Positions 58,801 to 64,000 of a DNA stretch of 64,000 bases are shown here, piece after piece. The position numbers and the translations under genes were made by a program. The DNA is taken from the NCBI GenBank assembly GCA_963676915.2, contig CAXXVK010000001.1:66328-130327 (forward strand), in the 5' to 3' direction. The notes below the pieces were generated by a model. It ran no database searches. It was not told the DNA's origin and was given only the letters and a program-made list of their open reading frames with translations. Within the stretch, counting starts at the first letter, position 1. Each line of letters begins with the position of its first letter. Source of the stretch: Myxococcota bacterium (lineage in GTDB: Bacteria > Myxococcota_A > SURF-8 > G963663525).

Positions 58801-61800
58801 GCGCTTCGGGTGTCTGTCAGGCCGGTACGTCGGCAGATTGTACCTCTTTGGACGGCGAATGCTCCGAAGGCATTTGCGAGTCTCAAGGGGCGGATTCTTA
58901 CGAATGTGTCCAGTACGATGCCAATGAAGGCGGATTGTGCGACGCCGACTCGAACGGTTGCACCGATTTCGACTCTTGCGTTTCGGGTGTTTGTACTCCT
59001 GGCGATGCCGTCGATTGCTCCTACCTGGACGATACGTTCTGCGTTGTTGGAGTGTGCAACTCGCTGGGTTCGGACAATTATGAATGCCTCCAAAACAACC
59101 TGCCCGAAGACACGGAATGTGACGACGGCAACGAGTGCACGGAGACCGGTTATTGCAACGCCTCAGGTGTCTGCGAGGATGGTCCGGTTACAGTCACTTG
59201 TCCCACGCCGACCGATCCTTGTCTCATCGATCCCGGCGTTTGCAATCCCATTAACGGCCAATGTGTGTACACGGCCAAAGACGACTATGACTCCTGCGAC
59301 GACGGCAACAACTGCACTACGGGCGATTACTGTTACGGTGGAACCTGCGGCGGGAGCGAAATGGACTGCCAGGATGGTAATCCCTGTACGGATGATTATT
59401 GCGACGGAACGTTATGCACCGGCGAATGCACGGTGGAAGATTGCGTTCACGATGCGCTGGATGGAAATTCCTGCGACGAAGACCCCGACGACTGCATGGT
59501 GTACACCTGTGTCGTCGATTCCTGTGAAGGGACACCGATCAATGACTGCGGAGACCTCGAATGCGGTGCTTCGCCATCAGGATGTGTCGAAAACTGCGGT
59601 ACCTGCGGAGATGGTGAAATCTGCACGGCGGACGGAAAATGTCTGTTGCAGGCGTCGTTTACTTCGATCGAGGCGCAGACCTTCGAGATGGGAAGCCTAT
59701 CCGGCGAAACGGGTCGCGATGCCGACGAAGAACGGCATTCGGTCACGCTGTCGTATGTCGTCGATGTTCACCAGACCGAGGTGACCCAAGGTCAGTTCGA
59801 ATCGTTGATGGGCTACAATCCCAGTGCGTATACCGATTGCGGCGTGAACTGTCCCGTGGAAAGCGTCAGTTGGCACGAAGCGCAGTATTACGCCAACCTG
59901 CTTTCGTCGTACATGGGGGCGGAAGAGTGCTTCGACTGCACCGGCACATTGCCGAACGTGACGTGTGCGCTCAAGGCCGAATTCAGCGGAATTCCTCAGG
60001 AATGCCGAGGCTATCGTCTGCCGACCGAAGCCGAATGGGAAGCGGCGGCACGAGGCGGAACCGATACGGCCTTCTACAATGGCGGTATCACGCAGACCGG
60101 GTGTGCCGACGATGCCAACCTGAGCGCTATCGGCTGGTACTGCTACAACGCTTCGACCGGTCCGGAAGTCGTGCGCCAAAAAGACGCCAACGCGATTTAC
60201 ACCTACGATCAAAGCGGTAACGTCGCCGAGTGGGTTTGGGACTGGTACGAAAGCTTTACCTCCGGCAGTGTTTCCGACCCCAGCGGCCCCGAAAGCGGAA
60301 GTGAGAAAGTCGTCCGTGGCGGTAGCTGGAACGACAGCGCCGAGGACTGTCGCTCGGCGGCGCGTACAACGCACGATCCCACGGATCAGACCTCCGACAC
60401 CATCGGCTTCCGTCTGGTGATCACAATGTCCGGTGGGCCGAGTGTGGACGGCGACGAAGACGAGGAAACCGATGAGGTAGAGGATGAAGAATTAGAAGAT
60501 GATACCGACACGGGAGGCGACACGGATACGGACACAGATACCGATCCGGTCGAAACGGCTGACGACGAACTGGAAGAAACAGCGCAGGAAGAGGAGCAGG
60601 AAGAAGAAGCGCCTGTGTCCATCACACCGGAATTCGTTTCGATCACAGCCGGAAGTTTTTATCAAGGCAGCCCGGAAAGTGAAACCGGTCGGGATTCCGG
60701 AGAGACACAGCATTACGTCCAACTGACTTTCGATTATGAAATCCAGAACGTCGAGGTCACCCAATCCCAATTCTCGACGTTGATGGGGTACAACCCAAGC
60801 CTGCTATCGAACTGCGGAGATGATTGTCCTGTCGAAAACGTCAGTTGGAATGAGGCCTTGGCGTATTGCAATGCATTATCAGCTTCTGAAGGGGTTGCCG
60901 AATGCTTCGATTGCACGGGCAGCCAGTCCTCCGTAAGTTGCGCATTGAAATCCCAATACGCCAAACCACAGGACTGTGCAGGCTATCGTCTTCCGACCGA
61001 ATCCGAATGGGAATATGCAGCACGAGCCGGGAATACGACATCGTTGCCGTATGGAAACGACCTGTCGATCGTCTTATGCTCGCCCATAGATACAGCAGTT
61101 GCAGAGTATGCCTGGTACTGTAACAACGCCGAAGTCGAATACGATGGCTGTGTGGACAACTCTTCGGTCTACGGTCCCACTTGCGCCGGAAAACATGCGG
61201 TTGGAGGCAAAACGGCCAACGAATGGGGGCTCTACGACGTGCTGGGTAACGTTGCCGAACACGTTTATGATTCCTACAGCACTTATGTAAGTCCGGGCGC
61301 GACGGAATCCAACCCGGATATCGATCCCGTGGTGCAAGATAATCCATACCATATGATTCGTGGTGGTTCTTGGCAATTGAGCCCTCCGACGTATGACCGG
61401 TTTGCGTCGAGATACTATTTCATTCCACCGACAGAGCGGACTCACGATGTCGGCTTCCGTCCGGTGCGCACGTTGGGTGGTTGTGTTTGCAGCGAAACGA
61501 ACGAATGCTGCGACGGATGCAACCCCATCAACGATGCCGGAAGCTGCGACGCCGACAGCAATGGTTGCACAGTAGGGGATACGTGCTCGAACGGAACCTG
61601 TGTTGCCGGAGCGGAGCCGGATTGCTCTTCGATGACCGATGCTTGCAATACGGGTTATTGCGAAAGCACTGGAAGCAATACCTATGATTGTCTTGGCGAT
61701 CCTTCACCGCATCAAGGTGACATCTGCGACGCGGACGCGAACGGCTGCACGGTGGACGATTATTGCTCGGCGGGTGTGTGTACGGCCGGTGCGGCGCCGG

Positions 61801-64000
61801 ACTGCACAGGTCAGGACGATGCTTGCAACGTGGGTGTCTGCTCGAACACGGGCAGTGACAGCTACAGTTGTATCAAGGATCCGAGCAGCAAAGAAGGCGA
61901 CGGCTGCGACGACGGGAACGCGTCGACGGGCCCGGACACCTGCCAGTCGGGTGTGTGCCTGGGCGCGGACTGCACCTGCAGTGGCGTTTCGACGTGCTGC
62001 GACGGTTGCCAGCCGATCAACGAATCCGGCAGCTGCGACGCGGATGCGAACGGCTGCACGGTGGACGATTATTGCTTGGCGGGCGTGTGCACCGCAGGCG
62101 CAGCGCCGGACTGCACAGGTCAGGACGATGCTTGCAACGTGGGTGTCTGCTCGAACACGGGCAGTGACAGCTACAGTTGTATCAAGGATCCGAGCAGCAA
62201 AGAAGGCGACGGCTGCGACGACGGGAACGCGTCGACGGGCCCGGACACCTGCCAGTCGGGTGTGTGCCTGGGCGCGGACTGCACCTGCAGTGGCGTCTCG
62301 ACGTGCTGCGACGGTTGCCAGCCGATCAACGAGTCCGGCAGCTGCGACGCGGACGCGAACGGCTGCACGGTGGACGATTATTGCTCGGCGGGCGTGTGCA
62401 CCGCAGGCGCAGCGCCGGACTGCACAGGTCAGGACGATGCTTGCAACGTGGGTGTCTGCTCGAACACGGGCAGTGACAGCTACAGTTGTATCAAGGATCC
62501 GAGCAGCAAAGAAGGCGACGGCTGCGACGACGGGAACGCGTCGACGGGCCCGGACACCTGCCAGTCGGGTGTGTGCCTGGGCGCGGACTGCACGTGCTCG
62601 GGTATCTCGACGTGCTGCGACGGTTGCCAGCCGATCAACGAGGCCGGCAGTTGCGACGCGGATGCGAACGGCTGCACGGTGGACGATTATTGCTCGGCGG
62701 GCGTGTGCACGGCGGGCGCAGCCCCGGACTGCACAGGTCAGGACGATGCTTGCAACGTGGGTGTCTGTTCGAACACAGGCAGCGCTAGCTACAGTTGTGT
62801 GAAAGATCCGAGTAGCAAAGAAGGCGACGGCTGCGACGACGGGAACGCATCGACGGGCCCGGACACCTGCCAGTCGGGTGTGTGCCTGGGTGCGGACTGC
62901 ACGTGTAGCGGCGTTTCGACGTGCTGCGACGGTTGCCAGCCGATCAACGAATCCGGCAGCTGCGACGCGGATGCGAACGGCTGCACGGTGGACGATTATT
63001 GCTCGGCGGGCGTGTGCACCGCAGGCGCAGCGCCGGACTGCACAGGTCAGGACGATGCTTGCAACGTGGGTGTCTGCTCGAACACGGGCAGTGACAGCTA
63101 CAGTTGTATCAAGGATCCGAGCAGCAAAGAAGGCGACGGCTGCGACGACGGGAACGCGTCGACGGGCCCGGACACCTGCCAGTCGGGTGTGTGCCTGGGC
63201 GCGGACTGCACCTGCAGTGGCGTCTCGACGTGCTGCGACGGTTGCCAGCCGATCAACGAGTCCGGCAGCTGCGACGCGGACGCGAACGGCTGCACGGTGG
63301 ACGATTATTGCTCGGCGGGTGTGTGTACCGCCGGTGCAGCGCCGGACTGCACAGGTCAGGACGACGCTTGCAACGTGGGCGTCTGCTCGAACACGGGCAG
63401 CGCTAGCTACAGTTGTGTGAAAGACTCGACGCCGAAAGAAGGCGACGGCTGCGACGACGGGAACGCATCGACGGGCCCGGACACCTGCCAGTCGGGTGTC
63501 TGCCTGGGCGCGGACTGCACGTGCAGTGGCGTTTCGACGTGCTGCGACGGTTGCCAGCCGATCAACGAATCCGGCAGTTGCGACGCGGATGCGAACGGCT
63601 GTACGGTGGACGATTATTGCTCGGCGGGTGTGTGTACCGCCGGTGCTGCCCCGGACTGCTCGGGTCAGGACGATGCCTGCAACGTGGGAGTCTGCTCGAA
63701 CACGGGCAGCGCCAGCTACAGTTGTGTGAAAGACTCGACGCCGAAAGAAGGCGATGGCTGCGACGACGGGAACGCGTCGACGGGCCCGGACACCTGCCAG
63801 TCGGGCGTCTGCCTGGGCGCGGACTGCACGTGCTCGGGCGTCTCGACGTGCTGCGACGGTTGCCAGCCGATCAACGAGGCCGGCAGCTGCGACGCGGATG
63901 CGAACGGCTGTACGGTGGACGATTATTGCTCGGCAGGCGTATGCACGGCCGGTGCAGCGCCGGACTGCACAGGTCAGGACGACGCTTGCAACGTGGGTGT
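55866..64000 (+). CDS. Giant Cys-rich lipoprotein with three FGE/SUMF1-like domains and 103-aa tandem repeats (3' end outside window)
   Basis: ATG 55866 after GGAGAGAGG; MCRLRTLSIVVLLMSAVFLASC; same frame checked at 56328, 59688, 60783, 61740 and 63903; FTMGS..TEVTQ..VSW..YRxPTEAEWE..GNxxEW..RGG..GFR motifs three times. Confidence 0.85.
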   Translation, partial: MCRLRTLSIVVLLMSAVFLASCDWAGDWSPFAEQPVPVAKLSTSVNLPPTLGETQAECDALCDKLVICDGLDATELAECKAGCPSAMYSTEEWDCMLLVVDQDCTVILECMPNEDEDGDIEDEVEEETEPEIEYPYGCSAPSTDFIEITAGSFTMGSPNTSPESLHRDEDETQHTVTLTYDYEIQGTEVTQSQFSTVMGYNPSQLNTTCSDCPVDTVSWHEAAKYCNQLSANQGLAECFTCSGTQPDFTCSLSATYDKPQDCPGYRIPTEAEWEFAVRAGSTTAFYNGDCGTATGNVEDTNLMAIGWYVYNSQTTTHAYGGKDPNPWCLWDASGNISEWVWDYYDLFSAVPATDPTGPTTGSSRVYRGGAYWNGVEGCRSAARENYDPALRATHIGFRPVRSLITVADGDEDTEDDVAEAEEEGISVEMQECLDACQKIYDCGFFTEIQYVQCKDSCPNPSVDQEDYDCLVSKLDASCAEVATCFSGGGDEDDDATEDTDGQHEDCIGQPDGTECDDENVCTTTSVCVSGMCIGQDMVICDDGDPCTQDTCDQVLGCQTNTAGANGNTCTPDDPCQLEGTCSNGTCYATITQPEGTPCSDGPCTEGTCNSSGTCDLTDRDGETCSDSNPCTTNTICNGSVCEGDALAEGTACDDGNTCHTGMTCNASAECTGGSVLADGTTCGEGDACNLYQCDSGNCVMNTLDDDTPCDDGNECNTGDRCLSGMCTPVSDLADGSDCDDGNECTEGNQCQSGWCSAGTNVASGTPCDDGDLCSATSECNESGQCVAATAVVCESENECLYAHCDSSVGCVFDPVVDGTVCDDENICTEYESCQSGVCTDGTPQVGLNCEDGNECTTDDQCSSAGVCEGTLQPEGTECGGSGLCLIPGQCSAAGECVGEQNVTNGESCHDGNSCTDPGQCQEGVCENVQNKTNGTVCASSSNTCEAGYCTDGVCGELEALPDGTGCNADANGCTVGDSCASGVCQAGTSADCTSLDGECSEGICESQGADSYECVQYDANEGGLCDADSNGCTDFDSCVSGVCTPGDAVDCSYLDDTFCVVGVCNSLGSDNYECLQNNLPEDTECDDGNECTETGYCNASGVCEDGPVTVTCPTPTDPCLIDPGVCNPINGQCVYTAKDDYDSCDDGNNCTTGDYCYGGTCGGSEMDCQDGNPCTDDYCDGTLCTGECTVEDCVHDALDGNSCDEDPDDCMVYTCVVDSCEGTPINDCGDLECGASPSGCVENCGTCGDGEICTADGKCLLQASFTSIEAQTFEMGSLSGETGRDADEERHSVTLSYVVDVHQTEVTQGQFESLMGYNPSAYTDCGVNCPVESVSWHEAQYYANLLSSYMGAEECFDCTGTLPNVTCALKAEFSGIPQECRGYRLPTEAEWEAAARGGTDTAFYNGGITQTGCADDANLSAIGWYCYNASTGPEVVRQKDANAIYTYDQSGNVAEWVWDWYESFTSGSVSDPSGPESGSEKVVRGGSWNDSAEDCRSAARTTHDPTDQTSDTIGFRLVITMSGGPSVDGDEDEETDEVEDEELEDDTDTGGDTDTDTDTDPVETADDELEETAQEEEQEEEAPVSITPEFVSITAGSFYQGSPESETGRDSGETQHYVQLTFDYEIQNVEVTQSQFSTLMGYNPSLLSNCGDDCPVENVSWNEALAYCNALSASEGVAECFDCTGSQSSVSCALKSQYAKPQDCAGYRLPTESEWEYAARAGNTTSLPYGNDLSIVLCSPIDTAVAEYAWYCNNAEVEYDGCVDNSSVYGPTCAGKHAVGGKTANEWGLYDVLGNVAEHVYDSYSTYVSPGATESNPDIDPVVQDNPYHMIRGGSWQLSPPTYDRFASRYYFIPPTERTHDVGFRPVRTLGGCVCSETNECCDGCNPINDAGSCDADSNGCTVGDTCSNGTCVAGAEPDCSSMTDACNTGYCESTGSNTYDCLGDPSPHQGDICDADANGCTVDDYCSAGVCTAGAAPDCTGQDDACNVGVCSNTGSDSYSCIKDPSSKEGDGCDDGNASTGPDTCQSGVCLGADCTCSGVSTCCDGCQPINESGSCDADANGCTVDDYCLAGVCTAGAAPDCTGQDDACNVGVCSNTGSDSYSCIKDPSSKEGDGCDDGNASTGPDTCQSGVCLGADCTCSGVSTCCDGCQPINESGSCDADANGCTVDDYCSAGVCTAGAAPDCTGQDDACNVGVCSNTGSDSYSCIKDPSSKEGDGCDDGNASTGPDTCQSGVCLGADCTCSGISTCCDGCQPINEAGSCDADANGCTVDDYCSAGVCTAGAAPDCTGQDDACNVGVCSNTGSASYSCVKDPSSKEGDGCDDGNASTGPDTCQSGVCLGADCTCSGVSTCCDGCQPINESGSCDADANGCTVDDYCSAGVCTAGAAPDCTGQDDACNVGVCSNTGSDSYSCIKDPSSKEGDGCDDGNASTGPDTCQSGVCLGADCTCSGVSTCCDGCQPINESGSCDADANGCTVDDYCSAGVCTAGAAPDCTGQDDACNVGVCSNTGSASYSCVKDSTPKEGDGCDDGNASTGPDTCQSGVCLGADCTCSGVSTCCDGCQPINESGSCDADANGCTVDDYCSAGVCTAGAAPDCSGQDDACNVGVCSNTGSASYSCVKDSTPKEGDGCDDGNASTGPDTCQSGVCLGADCTCSGVSTCCDGCQPINEAGSCDADANGCTVDDYCSAGVCTAGAAPDCTGQDDACNVG
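61725..64000 (+). repeat. 309-bp coding tandem repeat, more than 7 near-identical units
   Basis: Unit starts at 61725, 62034, 62343, 62652, 62961, 63270, 63579, 63888; antisense ORFs in the track recur every 309 bp; a diverged partial unit lies upstream (~61490). Confidence 0.95.

Noticed and set aside
56295-61472. Diversity-generating retroelement targeting the FGE-like domains
   Set aside because: No reverse transcriptase and no near-identical adenine-variant template repeat in the window; the three domain ends differ at all base types. A remote DGR cannot be excluded.
61725-64000. CRISPR array
   Set aside because: The units are 309-bp in-frame coding repeats with no unique spacers and no cas genes

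Overview
Bacterial chromosome segment, probably from a Myxococcota/deltaproteobacterial lineage (MYXO-CTERM-like tail, many Cys-rich acidic lipoproteins, a Sec-HesB gene). It appears to contain the replication origin: a DnaA-box/DnaA-trio unwinding module directly upstream of a dnaN that has no dnaA beside it, and three parS palindromes 6-8 kb away. Housekeeping genes (panB, an archaeal-type glyA, dnaN, hutU, xerD, rlmN, an NCS2 permease, a ClC channel) are mixed with about 14 predicted lipoproteins. Highlights: (i) an FmdB / HesB(Sec) / HesB(Cys) cluster with one strong and one possible selenocysteine UGA; (ii) three copies of a ~202-bp MITE with TIRs and 9-bp target duplications that carries an internal REP doublet; (iii) several other REP/BIME-like families; (iv) a GAFTGA-less NtrC-type regulator divergent from a dual-FHA gene and two tandem HEAT-repeat paralogues; (v) a giant lipoprotein ORF (>2700 aa, runs off the window end, missing from the ORF track) with three FGE/SUMF1-like domains and near-identical 309-bp Cys-rich tandem repeats. 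I saw no rRNA, tRNA, CRISPR array, transposase or reverse transcriptase. All calls come from reading the sequence by eye; no searches were run.
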